64,000 nt of DNA, taken from positions 2,435,324 to 2,499,323 of the forward strand of contig BDGG01000001.1 of the NCBI GenBank assembly GCA_001949185.1, read 5' to 3'. The translations under genes were made by a program, and so were the position numbers. Source of the DNA: Ramazzottius varieornatus. Its lineage: Eukaryota > Animalia > Tardigrada. The stretch's first letter is position 1. Every line of letters starts with the position of its first letter. Below, one piece after another: positions 49,754-64,000 of this stretch. The notes beneath the pieces were generated by a model, which ran no database searches, was not told where the DNA came from, and saw nothing but the letters and a program-made list of their open reading frames with translations.

Positions 49754-50598
49754 ATGGGCGGCCGGAGATGCAAATATTCGTGTATTACGATTTTGAAACA
49801 CCGCTGGTTACTTTGCGGGTTTTGACGTAACTTTGCGAAACCTGCAGCAACTTTGGTTTTGCAGTAACCCTGTTTGTAAAGTTTGCAACAAGTTTGCAAA
49901 TGCCGCGGCTTGTCGACCAAGTTTGATGTAACTCGGAAAAGTTTGATCAAAGTTGGACAAGTTTGTGGTAACATGGGAGAAAGCGCAGTGATCGTGAAAA
50001 GTTCTGATTCAAGCTGGAAAATTTTGTCGTATGTCTGTTGGGTTTACAGTAAGTTTTGCAGTAACTCTGTAAAACTTGTAGTGACTTGGTTTCGACAAGG
50101 GGAGTTTTCAGGCGTCAGCATGTCACGGCGGAACAGAAACGATGTGGGCGTGGGTGAACGATCCAATGATGTACCGCATAATTTTTACCACGCCCAACAG
50201 ATTTCTGTTTGACTAATCCCTACTTCCGACATAGCCACGACCATCCTCGCCAGTTTTGCAGCTTGTCTGCAAAACTTGCACTAACTTGGGTTACCACACA
50301 AAAATACGTCAAAAATCCGAAGTTACCTAAACAGTCTTGTCGCTTGTCCTACAAGCTCAGACGTTTGTTCGCAACGTCGTAGCGTACATGGTATTCTTTG
50401 CAGTCATGTCGCTACGTTTGCGGTAATTAAGAAAACTTTGCATCATGTTTTCCGAAATTGTAACCATGTCTGGTAGCTAACAAAGTTACCGCAAAACAAC
50501 GTTACTACAAGTTCAGCAATGTTGCATACAAGCGAGTTCTGTAGGTTACTCTGTTTCAAAATCTTAATACACGTATATTTGCATCTTCGGCCGCCCAT
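49754..50598. mobile_element. Non-autonomous DNA transposon (845 bp) with ~47-bp TIRs and 8-bp TSD
   Basis: ATGGGCGGCCGGAGATGCAAATATTCGTGTATTACGATTTTGAAACA matches the reverse complement of the right end with 3 mismatches. AGTCAGGT is duplicated at 49746-49753 and 50599-50606. No transposase ORF. Confidence 0.88.
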
Positions 50599-51162
50599 AG
50601 TCAGGTGTCATCTTGTGATAATATCAATTGCGGCTTACGCATGCAGTACTAAGTTAGACCGTAGCTTCGTACCCTACTGTACAGATGTTCTTGCGGATCT
50701 CCCTTTGCAACTCTTGTGCCCAGATTCCGACGATGATCTTGTCATCCCCTGCTCGACATATAGGCGAGATGAGGCTTCCAGCGGATGCATACGTACGACG
50801 AAATTGTCTTTCTGGCACGCGATACTCCACGATGCTTCCTAAGTCTGAAACAAAAGAAACATCCTTCACAGCAAAGAATTTTAAATCAAAGTAATACAAC
50901 GGAAGATACGAGTTATAAAGTACATACAAAAGCACTGAAACTTTGACTTCGAGAAGGGAGAATTTGAACTTCGAAGCATGAAAAAAGAAGAGAAAGAGCG
51001 CCTGAATGAATTCCGTCGAATCAAGTGGCATCGTAATCAACTGCGCTTATCAGACCGGAAGTTCCGCCTCCCAAAAACCTCCATTGCATAATTATTTCAG
51101 TTCTCTGAACTCCTGGTGTCTGATCCTCTAACCTTCTCGGCTGTCTCTTGTTTCGTGGAATC

Positions 51163-54062
<2,900 letters not shown>

Positions 54063-54513
54063 ATCGATAACTGCGATCAGCAAAGACCAGTGTCAAGTAC
54101 TTCGGTGTGGTCCTGGCGTTGTGACTTGCCTGTTATGTGTTATTTCCGCCAAGAACCCATGAGGACCCTTGGTGGTGTGCCGAGAGTTTGCGCTACCGAT
54201 GACGTGTTCACAGAGTTTAGGCATTCCGATGTCTTATTCCATACGGTTTTCGAACATTTTCGTTGACGACCTTGTACATGTGATCGAAATGTAAATTTGA
54301 TTTTTGAAGCTTTTTACTTTTTAGAATTTTAATGGTAAGGAATTGTTCCGCGATTGTGCGAGTTTCGCTGCTCAAAAAAAATTTGAAATGCTTTTACACT
54401 TACCCATCCAAGTCTTCTCCAAAAGCGGTCATGGATAAAAAGCCCGCACATGAGAAAAATCATACTGTGTTTGTACGTATTACAGTCGGTCAACTAGACC
54501 AGGATCAGACTTT

Positions 54514-56495
54514 TCAAGAGGAACCAGTCGACTGCTCATACATCAGTTTAGTCAAGAGGTCTTTCTCAGTTCGAACCTTCTCCCGGCAAGCGTCAAGCAC
54601 TGTAACCAACAACTCGCAGGCCTTACTCATATCCTCCTTCTCAGTTTCAGTCAGAGTTCGCGTATCGATGCGCGGCTGTCGTCTTGCTTTTTCCGTGAGG
54701 TAACGATCGTGAAGTTGGATGTTGGCCGTCAGCTCTTGTGCGCGATTCTGAAAATCCCAACTGATATTCAAATCAACCCAACACATCAAAACCTACATCG
54801 TATTTTCTAGAACGAAGTTATTAGCATACTAGCATACCTTCAAATTACGCTCCGGGGCATCCATGACGTTCTTCATTTGGTTCACGTGGTCGCAGAGATT
54901 ATTCTCAAAAGACGTCAACGACTGTCCTATCCGAGAGATCACAGGCTGTCCGCAGGAAACCTGAGAATGAAAAACCGGCAGTTGACGGGAAGGAAGAAGT
55001 AACCCTGAAATGATAAGCACGTTCACTTACGTGTAACTGACGAAGAGCGAACTTATCCAGTTTTTCCTGGTACGACAGCGCCATTTGCCGGTTTTCGTCG
55101 ACCTTCTTTTCCAGCTTTTTAATGTCGACGGCCAGTTGCTGGCAGATGTCTTTGCTCATGGTGGCCAACGCCTGTTCTTTCTTCAAGTTCTTGTACATCT
55201 CTTCGAAGCCGATGATAGGCACAGGAAGCAGTCGTTCGGGATCAGGGTTCTCTTTCTGAGCTTGGAACCACACGTAGGAACTGAGGCCGGCAGGCACAGA
55301 TTCCAAATACTGCTTCTCCATCTCTTTGGTCAATGCCATCTTGGCCCGAACGTCTTCGACTAACATGCCTTGTAGATTCGTCTTTTGCGCGGGTTGAAGA
55401 AGGAATGCTTGGAGTTCGGAGGCGGGTACTCGGCGAAGCTGACCATCTGCTTGTCTTTCCAAGGCATGGAACATCAGTTCGCTCCTAAAAGCCGACAAGA
55501 AGACTACATGTCTTTACCTCTTTCAAATTCTCTTGAAAAAGAAAAGTCTTACTTGTCATTGGGCAGAGGATTTACTCCATCAACTTCCACTTGGACGTTG
55601 GGCTTATCTCCCAGCAGCTTGTGAAGAAGCTCAGCCAGCTGTGATCGAACGTCGTACACTTCCGCACCACTCTTGTTGAAAACAAGTCGGACTATGCCAT
55701 CTTCATTCGTGTAATCCTGCTTCGGCTTGTAAACAACGCACTGCAGAAGCAGAAAAAAAATTAGAATATTCGTAATAAGCGGGTAAGAATTTACTGAGAA
55801 AAACGCTTTCGATTACCTTCCACTTGCAGAACACGTTTTCTGGATTCAAAGGCAACGGTGGCTGGTTATGGGCATAGAAAGCTTTGCCGCACCCCATCGT
55901 GGCTTGTACAGAGTTGAACTTGGCCAAGATCTGGTCTCTTTCGTCGCCAAACAGGAATGGGTTCTGGACACTTGCGGCTAGCCGCATTGCATAGTCTGCT
56001 TCCGCGGAAGGAGCAAGCTGCTGTTGTTGTTGTTGTTGCTGTTGCTGCTGAACATTTCCGAAGCTCAAAGTAGCCGGTTGTGCCGTCTGCGTTGTCCCGA
56101 ACGATGTACCGAATGTGGGTAAGGCTGTCTGCGGTTGTTGCGGCTGTTGAGTCTGGCCGAACCCGGAGAACAGCGACGGTTGAGTCTGTGCTGGCTGCGC
56201 GGCGGTGATGCCGAATCCAGAGAAGAAGCTACCCGATGATCCTTGTGTAACAGCGGGTTGTGTTCCAAAGATGCTACCTGCTCGAACGCACAACTTTCAA
56301 ACCGTACTGTGTGAAGACGGTAACACACTGTCTACCTGTTGTTGCCGGAGCTGCTGTGCTGTTACTTCCGCCCGGACCTCCGCTAAAGACTGCCCCAAAC
56401 AGGCCTGTGGTAGGCTGCGGCTGCGTGACTGTGGTCCCGAAGCCTCCAAACGTGCTGGGAGCTGCGCCAGTGTTGGTTGCCCCGAACGTAAACAT
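54514..56495 (-). CDS. NUP54: Nucleoporin p54
   Basis: N-terminal FG repeats with a polyQ tract, then LFGDERDQILAKFN.VQA..G.GK, NVFCKW, P.G.....W.QA..ENPDP..LLPVP..GF and a C-terminal coiled coil. Confidence 0.92.
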
Positions 56496-57188
56496 CCTGG
56501 CGAGTATGCTCTGGTGGATGATCGGGGCAGTGCCGCAGTGGACAGATGAAAACAGAGGCTTAAAAACAGTTCTGAACGAAGCTGGACCAGCTTCTGAATC
56601 CCCGTAGCACAGCCAACGTTTCTCTCACTCCCGGCCTTGCGTGACGCGCTGTTCAAGGCCACGGAACCCGGGATGGTCAAAGAGTCCAGAAAACCTTGCA
56701 GAGGAGACAGAGCTGCTCTTGTCGAGGAAAAAATTTAAAAATCGCGAAGTAAGCCGCTGTAAGCGTATCGTACATAAAGAAGTTTGCGCTATGCCTGGGC
56801 GAGAGAAGTAGGGCGGTACTAGCGGAATTGTGAATCAAGAGGGCTGGGATTTATCGTGGCCTACAAAACAGCCAACGAAAATTCGTTTTCCTGTTGTTGT
56901 GGTTTTTTAGCTGCGACAGTTTAAGATCGCAATGTCCGTATCGCCGTTATCTTTGTGTCCGCAGTCTCCGCACTTTCTTCCATTTCCGTTTCCGGCTGTT
57001 CCTCAGATTCCGCATGGAAGGCGAAGAAGCGGCTTGCATAGTTCATTTAGCGTGTCTGGAGGTTTCGAGCAGTCTGCTACGATGGGTGAGCGCTTTGATG
57101 TGATGGAATAGAAGGCGCAGTTATCATGTTTTTCTGGGCTCCCGCTTCGTCAGATTCGCGGAAACCAGCACCGGTTGCCGTCAGGGAC

Positions 57189-60100
57189 ATGGAAAAAAAC
57201 AACGGAAGACCGAAGACTCTAAAAAGCGACGACAGCAACGGCAAGGCACATGCTTCGACACGGACGATGGAGCAGCAGATAGCTAAGTTCCAGAATGTCC
57301 TGCTGTAAGTGGAAGATAAACTACGGAAGCGGTGCTCATGTATTGTGAGACCCTTGTTTCTTGTTCGCCGATAGTCCACAGTATACAGCTCTTCGTCACA
57401 AACTGGAGCAGCAGCTGCAATCGTACGAACCTCTCGCTGTACTGGAACAAGACGATGCCTTACGGGACCGAAATGAGTAAGACGATAGAGCGGGCAGTAA
57501 CTTTGGTCTGCATGCCTTGGATGTTAGAGTCTGACAAGTAAGTTGGTGCTTCATGTACACGTAGGTTCATTTCCGTCACAAGCAAAGTCATCCGTCGCGA
57601 TCCAAGACTTTTCAAGTCACGATACGAGGATATTTTCTGGCGGTTGGTGTATCCGTTGGTCCGAACTGCGAGCGACAAGTCCGAGGTAGACGTACGTTCT
57701 TTTGAATCTGCGGCCTCGTGCCAGTTTCACTTCGATTATGGATAATTATGCGATTATGCTGGTGGTTGAACAGGTACTTGGATCGCCGGTTACTCGTAAG
57801 AACATCGAAGATTTGGTCAACTGCAGCAGAACAGCTTTCCAGAACTTCATCGAGACATTCCTCGTGCGCTTTGGTTTCTGCGTGGAAAGTCTGGATGAAT
57901 TACCCGCTCTGTGTGAAGCTTGCGCTGGTAAGTCGTGCTGGTTATAGTGATCAGCATTGCCGTCCGTTAATATAAGACTTAGTATACTTTGTTTCAGAAC
58001 AGCAACAGAAGTTCAAAGCTGCCCACGTGGAATGGATACGAACGTTTGTGTCCCACTGCCTGTGTAGCATCGGTGACTTATGTGAGGACTTGAATTTGCG
58101 TGATGAACCTGTTTACTGGTGGGACTTCTTCCGAATGCGTTTTGACTATTCAGATAGGTATTCCAAGTCGTACGACCAAAAAGGCCTAGTGCTCGCCACA
58201 AAGTACTACGAACTAGCCGCTTTGGTACGCCCGTCGGATGGTCGAGCGGTATCCTGCCTGGGCATCGTACAGAAGGAAGCGGGTGAAGTGTTTCCGGCTG
58301 CCTTTTACTCCCTAATCAGGTACGAATCTGTTAGATGATTCTCGTATTTTGCTTATTTCTCGCCGCTTTTCTGATCCTTAGCGCATGCAAGAAGTCACCG
58401 TATCCTCACTTCCTGAAGAACATCGAAGCAATGAAAGGCCCGGTTGACGAACTGTGTAGTGCCTTCTGGATCGAGACAGGACACCCTCATGCAGGCGAAG
58501 ACCCACGGGAAACCATCAAGATCTTCTCTGTCCATATTCTGAACTTGACCACCCGATTACTGCTGAACGACGAGCCGTAAGTTATTTCGAAGTAGACCAA
58601 CTTTAACTGCGTAGCGAAGGGATATACATATTTGGTTTCATATGTAGGGATGCCGAAAAGTTGCGTCATTACTTCGCTGTGGCTCTAGAGTATTTGGGTG
58701 CCACACTGGAAAGACCTGTGGCACATACTGACCATAACTGGAAGAACTTGCACTACAGAGCAGCTGAGTTCCTTTATCCAAACTTACTCTGGAAGATTAG
58801 CTTAATGACGCTCCTCATCTACCACCTGAAAAAGAACGAAGGTAATTTGTAGTCATTGCGACATCTGTTTAACATGATGGCGTCAATAATGGACTTTATC
58901 ATCAAGTGTCCGTTTCCAGTGAGCGGCGTCAGACGAGGATCGAGTTTGAATTCCCTATGCGCATTTGTGGTAACCATGATGGGAAAGGTTACAAGATGTG
59001 TGGTTGACAGTATGAGGTATTGGCTGCAGTACACGAGTTTTAACCTGGTGCCGGAACCAGATCCCGAATTCGTTGTGGACGAGCTGAAAGCGATCAGGAA
59101 AAGCCAGCAATCCTCATCGACAAAGACAACAGGCAATAAGCTCGTTGGCAATGTTCAAAGCTTGGATAATGACGGGGACGAGCCAGTCACATTTGAAGCC
59201 GGTGACGCAGGTAATTTCTTTCGCGCGACTGGTAGTTTAGTCTACAGATTAGTTATCAGCTGGAACCAGGAAATGATTCAACCGTGAATTTTAGCAAATC
59301 GTGTGGTTTTAGGAACTCAGCGAAACGCAGAAACTTCCGAGTCAGTCTTGGTTAATAACGAAAACGAACTTTCGATGGAAGACTTTTGGATGTCGTCGGA
59401 GAACCAAGCTACCTCACCCGACGACGAACGCCCTAGAGACTCGCCGAGTAGGCATTTTTAAATTACCTTTTCACTCGAAAACTATGATTGCCACCAATCG
59501 GTAGTATGCATCCGTCTTTGTTTGGACAGCTCCGCATTCGAGGTTCTTGGGTTCCTCGTATCTTCAAGCCTTTCTTGGCTTCATGGATACCCAAATGCAT
59601 CTGCCTTTGGTGCAACTGTTCTTTCAGTGGATTCGCTGTGACGAAGAAATGTGGGGATTCTGCGTAGCGGTGAGAAATTTCTTTCACGTAGTAAAGTCTT
59701 ACCCCTGCGTTCGTTTTCTACCTTACTACAATAGTGATAGTTACGGTATTAGCATTACATGATTATACTCTGTTCTTGCAGAACTTTCCCGACATCATTT
59801 GCGATGTGGTCGATATCATAAACACCGTCTGCAAGCCGAAGTTCGTCGGAATGTATGTTGTGGGTGCGTAATCTTTCAACACCACTTGTACGGCGTACTG
59901 CGATGAAGAAGTTGAACAACATGGATGTTGTGATTGTAATTATACATAGTACTTCCCTAGGAGAAATTTGTTTTTAGACAGCAAGATTGGAAATTTTCCC
60001 CTCGACGAGGAAATTTTTCTGAGAGATACTGAGCTGTTTAGGTCTTGGGTTGACAGTCTCGACTGGGCAGGACATCATACTCGCCCAGGCGGGCTGAGTG

Positions 60101-61438
60101 ATACAGAGCAGGTACTTTCCGTTTTCACATCAATCAAAGAACGCTTTCGGTTTTCGCAGAAACGAAAGTTGGCATAAGCTGTATAAACTGCGATGTTTTG
60201 CCGCTGATAGGTTGTATTGCTTGCGTATCGGTTCTCCACCATTGCTTCGATGCTGCAACAGCGCCGCTTGGCAGTCTTCGACTCGAAGTTGCACAAGTGG
60301 GCGTGCAAACTGGAAAGGAAGCGCATCGGGGTCCAGGAGGCAAGTGGCCGGTTTTAGAAACTTCGTCACAACATTTCACTTTAAGTTGGCTCTGTTTCAG
60401 GAAACGCCACAAGCCAACAGAAAGCTGGAGACAATGGCGCGACTGGGAAAGGCGTGGTTCGCCGAGAAAGAAAAGGAAATGGAAAAGGGTTATATGGAGA
60501 AGCGGGCTGATCTTCCGAAATACTTGGTTCTTGACACCAGCTGTTTGCTGAGAAGACTAGACTGGGTTCAGCGTTTGTATACTTGTGGCAAATTCAAGGT
60601 TGTCATCCCTGCGTATGGTAAGTTCTTGCATATGTATCGCGCTGACAAGACCTTCCGCGGTGTGATGCGACCGTTTTCTAAGGTTGTGTTCCAGTTCTTT
60701 ATTGGAACGGGACTGCATCAGGTGTCATTTTCTCGTAGTTCTAGAAGAGCTCGACCGCGGAAAGAAGAACAAGACCGTTCGTGACGCTATACGTTGGATG
60801 GACATCTCGACCAAAACCAAGGATCTTGATCGTATTGAGATTCAGCGATGGAAAGATATGCATCAGTTCGACCCGGAACTGGGTAAAGAGTGGAGCAAAT
60901 TGTCCAACACGGAAAAGTATGGATGTGAATGGCTCAGTGGACCGGCGCCTAACTTCTCTTGCTCTAATATTTTCCACACAGGTCAGTTCGTGTCATGGCT
61001 GACTGTACGAAGTTCTTCGCAGAGGAAGTTAGAGGGCGAACGGATGACGATCCGGGTTACGGTTTCAACATCCTGGTTCTGACGGACTTGGATCTACAGT
61101 CTGTTTACTGCGTTCGCGTCATTGAGCAGATGGAACGGCTAGACATCCCCCATGGTAAATAAACATTCCAGATTACGATAAATAGCTAACTGGAAATTCA
61201 AAAAAACTCTAAAACAAAACTAGCCGAAATCCGTACGAAGATAGTCGGAGTTCTGCTCTGAAGAAACAAAGGAACACGGAAACCGGATTAGTTAAACCAG
61301 GATGATTGACCGGTTGATTGACTTGATTATCAGTCTTGTTTACTTGCAGAGATCAAACTGATGAGGATTGAGGACTTCATGGGTTGGTTCACCGAAGGTC
61401 CTTCTTACTTCCGCAGAACACAGGATCATGATCAGTGA
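57189..61438 (+). CDS. SMG5: EST1/14-3-3-like plus PIN-domain NMD factor, SMG5-like (divergent), multi-exon
   Basis: EDIFWRLVY, HCLCSIGDL..RY..A.KYY.LA....P.DG (EST1 domain) and a PIN domain YLVLDTSCL...GKFKVVIP..VLEELD..KK....RDAIRW resembling SMG5 more than SMG6. Start codon is tentative. Confidence 0.75.
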
Positions 61439-61500
61439 ACATAAACAGTGGAAAGAAATTTGTGGGACGAAGTCGGAGAGGTGTGGAGACAGGTTTGCGC

Positions 61501-61713
61501 TCATTCGTCCTCGTCGTCGTCCTCCTCCCCCTCACCGTAAGGCTTCAGCTTGACGAAGCGAGACAGGATGACGGCAACTAGTATCGAGCCCAGGACAACG
61601 AAGACTGCTGTGATGTAGAATGTTTCCTCGTCGAAGATGTCCGTGAAGGCTGGGATCTTGCCGTAGATGTGGTTAGCCAGCGCCAGTCGGTCGAACTTCT
61701 TGGAAGATTGCAT
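61501..61713 (-). CDS. 70-aa single-pass membrane microprotein with acidic tail
   Basis: ATG-initiated ORF after a splice-acceptor-like TTGCAG. IYGKIPAFTDIFDEETFY, a hydrophobic helix ITAVFVVLGSILVAVILS, then RFVKLKP and EEDDDEDE. Confidence 0.7.
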   Translation of the reverse strand: MQSSKKFDRLALANHIYGKIPAFTDIFDEETFYITAVFVVLGSILVAVILSRFVKLKPYGEGEEDDDEDE

Positions 61714-63102
61714 CGTTCTGCAAGGAAATAGACTTTAGGATGAGATTCAACGTTGGATGTTACTAAATCAAGTTTAGACCAAACCTTTGCTGTTTTCCTG
61801 TCCCGTCCTTTGCTCAAGAAGGTTGCATTAGTTGATATCCTGGTTTGCAGATGAAATTTGGCAGCTGATTCAGACGAAAAGTAAAACTGTTCATTCCGAA
61901 GAAATTTAGATGAGGAACATCGGTCGTATTCATGGGAATGTGACTGTGCGAGCACACTCGGAAAAATCGATAATTGGGCTCGTACAGCAATGATAGATTC
62001 GAGGGCTGAAGCTAGAGAGTACTCTGCATCGTTGTCTGCTCTGGTCTCCGAGTTTAAATAACTGTGTGTGTTGATCGTTTATCAGGAGCGATGTATTTTT
62101 ATCTTGGAAGCATCGTGTTCTGTATCGCATCTTAGTTAGATTGGCGCGTGAATGTTAGACTGTACGACCGCCAAATCTAACTGAAGAGCCCAAAAGTCAT
62201 ATTTATTCGGCTCGGTTAGGATCATATCTCTTTGTGCTTTCTCACGAGTCACCACATTTCTGTCTGCGTGGACAGGTAGATATAATAGATTTCTCGGCGC
62301 CAAATGGAAAAAGCCGTCTCTGGAGGATCTAATGGCAGAGCCAGACACGCCCCCACTTGCTGTGTGATCATTCAGGTATGTCGCATCCTCGCGGCTCTCA
62401 AGCATCACATATCGTGACTTCCCTGTTCGTTATCCAAGAACCTTTGCGACTGTCGTTTGGCCAACGGTGCAGTCTCCAAACCTGCAAGCTTAACGGTTGC
62501 TCCAGCGGAATCTTCAACACATTGACAACCTTCATCCTGCAGTGACAAGTTGTGTGGATTCTTTCCGAGCGCAAACTCCACCGTCAAGATGTGCTGCCGA
62601 TCATTCAGAATCTGGTCACACAGATCATTTGGTACATGGGCATTTAACGTCCGTTCTCTGCAGACCACTTTCTTGTCGAGTGGTGGCGGTCGAACGCCTT
62701 GTGGTCTCACTCGAACCCAGTGAATTCGCATGCAGCAGAAGATCGGGATAGCTTCGTCGACAATGCCGCAGTAAGTCCTTGACGGTCCCTACGGAGTGAA
62801 GCATTAAGATGGTTTGATGAATCCAAAGCTCAAGGCCGGACTTACATTCGCAGCAGGGTTCGGGTGTGTCTTTGGTGGCTCTTTGAGCACACCGTCTGCA
62901 CGAGGTGCCTCTGGTCCAGCTTTCACTAGTACTGGCGGTAGACGATTTGTTACAACATTCTCCGGAATGTCCTTTCGTGGCTTATCCACATCAAATCATC
63001 CGCACCTAAAAAACAGATAAGTATACAACTGCCGGGAATCTGGGTTTAGAAATCAGAATTTCGATGATAACTGATCCACTTTTCAGTTGCCCACCATCTT
63101 AC

Positions 63103-63705
63103 CGTCTGCGCCTTGAACAAAAACGAGAGTGTTTCCCAATGGCCGTTTGCGGGTTTTGGCGATCCGTGCATGTAAAGTATCCCAGCGCGTCGTCATCTCG
63201 GCCAGTTTCTGGGTGGTCCGCAGGTGCGACGCCTTCTTAGCCGCAAGCTCAGATTTCATCCGCGTTTGCTTCCATGAATCGTTCTATGTCGAGTGCCATC
63301 TTTGCCTCTTCGTCACGAATGTGGCTATCTATATTTAGCGTACGTTTGTCGGTAGAAACTGGGCACATAACTGCGGGTTTCTGCGTCGACCGTACATTTT
63401 CTTGAAGTAAAGTCAGCTGCAGACTCGCTTTGTCCAGTATCACCTGCTGCTCTTCACTATCGTTTTCCAGGACACTAAGTGTCTCAGTTCTCCTTCCAGT
63501 TCGACCACTTTGTTCACTAGACCGCAGTTCCGTCCGTTCTTCCTCTAAGAGTGGATGGACTCTTTGCCATGCTGCCATCCTTCGGTGCTGTCCTTCTGCC
63601 GTTCTGCGCAGCACTTCGTCCTCTCCTGAGCTTCTTCTCCGACCCCGGCTTGTTCGCATCTTCGTGCTGTCTTTTGGACGATGAACTCCGAGCTTCTTGA
63701 ACCTG
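63103..63705 (-). CDS. Exons of an uncharacterised charged helical protein (structure incomplete)
   Basis: Acceptor TTGCAG near 63705, a 136-codon R/E-rich frame, and a second frame ending at a GTAAG donor near 63102. Downstream joins hit stops, so the model is unresolved. Confidence 0.35.
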
Positions 63706-64000
63706 CAACGAAAGACACGACCTAAGTCAGAAGGAATTTCAAGAAAAAGTCCACAAGTTCAACAAGTGGTTGCTTTGTTGTCGTTTTCTTCGCCACCTTC
63801 CGAATTCGGAAACAAGGGCCGCTCGGCGTCGCACTGTTACTGAACTGCATGAGTAAGCCAGGCGAATCTGACGGACAAACCGCCTCCCTAAACAGCGTGT
63901 TTGACCGTCTGGCCTGCCAAAATGTTTTTCCATTTTTATTTATGGATTATGATTGATCCAGAAAAAGTTCATAGATTCCCCATTTCCGTCCTTAGTCACG

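Noticed and set aside
56015-56050. (CAA/CAG)n microsatellite
   Set aside because: It is an ordinary polyQ tract within the Nup54 FG region.

Overview
This is a gene-dense eukaryotic window from a compact-genome invertebrate animal, judged by many 50-110 nt GT-AG introns and bilaterian-type FoxL1 and aristaless genes; the taxon cannot be fixed from sequence alone. I reconstructed about 24 protein-coding loci by eye. Conserved genes: MED4 (3' part), CHMP7, a BTB protein, an SLC9B/NHA Na+/H+ antiporter, trifunctional GART, FoxL1, CARNMT1, a TTC7-like TPR protein, an aristaless/Arx homeobox gene, KIAA0930, Nup54 and an SMG5-like protein. Proteolysis genes: a catalytically dead serine-protease homolog, three tandem S1 proteases and an astacin with a hemopexin-like C-terminus. 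Orphans: a ~970-aa secreted Q/N/S/G-rich protein, an intronless coiled-coil ORF pair split by a +1 frame change, two small secreted Cys-rich proteins that the ORF track does not assemble, and a 70-aa membrane microprotein. The most striking non-coding signal is a family of at least ten ~110-120 bp palindromic elements between 22 and 44 kb. Their two arms co-vary within each copy, with many G-T wobble positions, and they occupy introns that are empty in paralogous genes. There is also an 845-bp TIR element with an 8-bp target-site duplication. All exon boundaries are manual inferences without RNA evidence.
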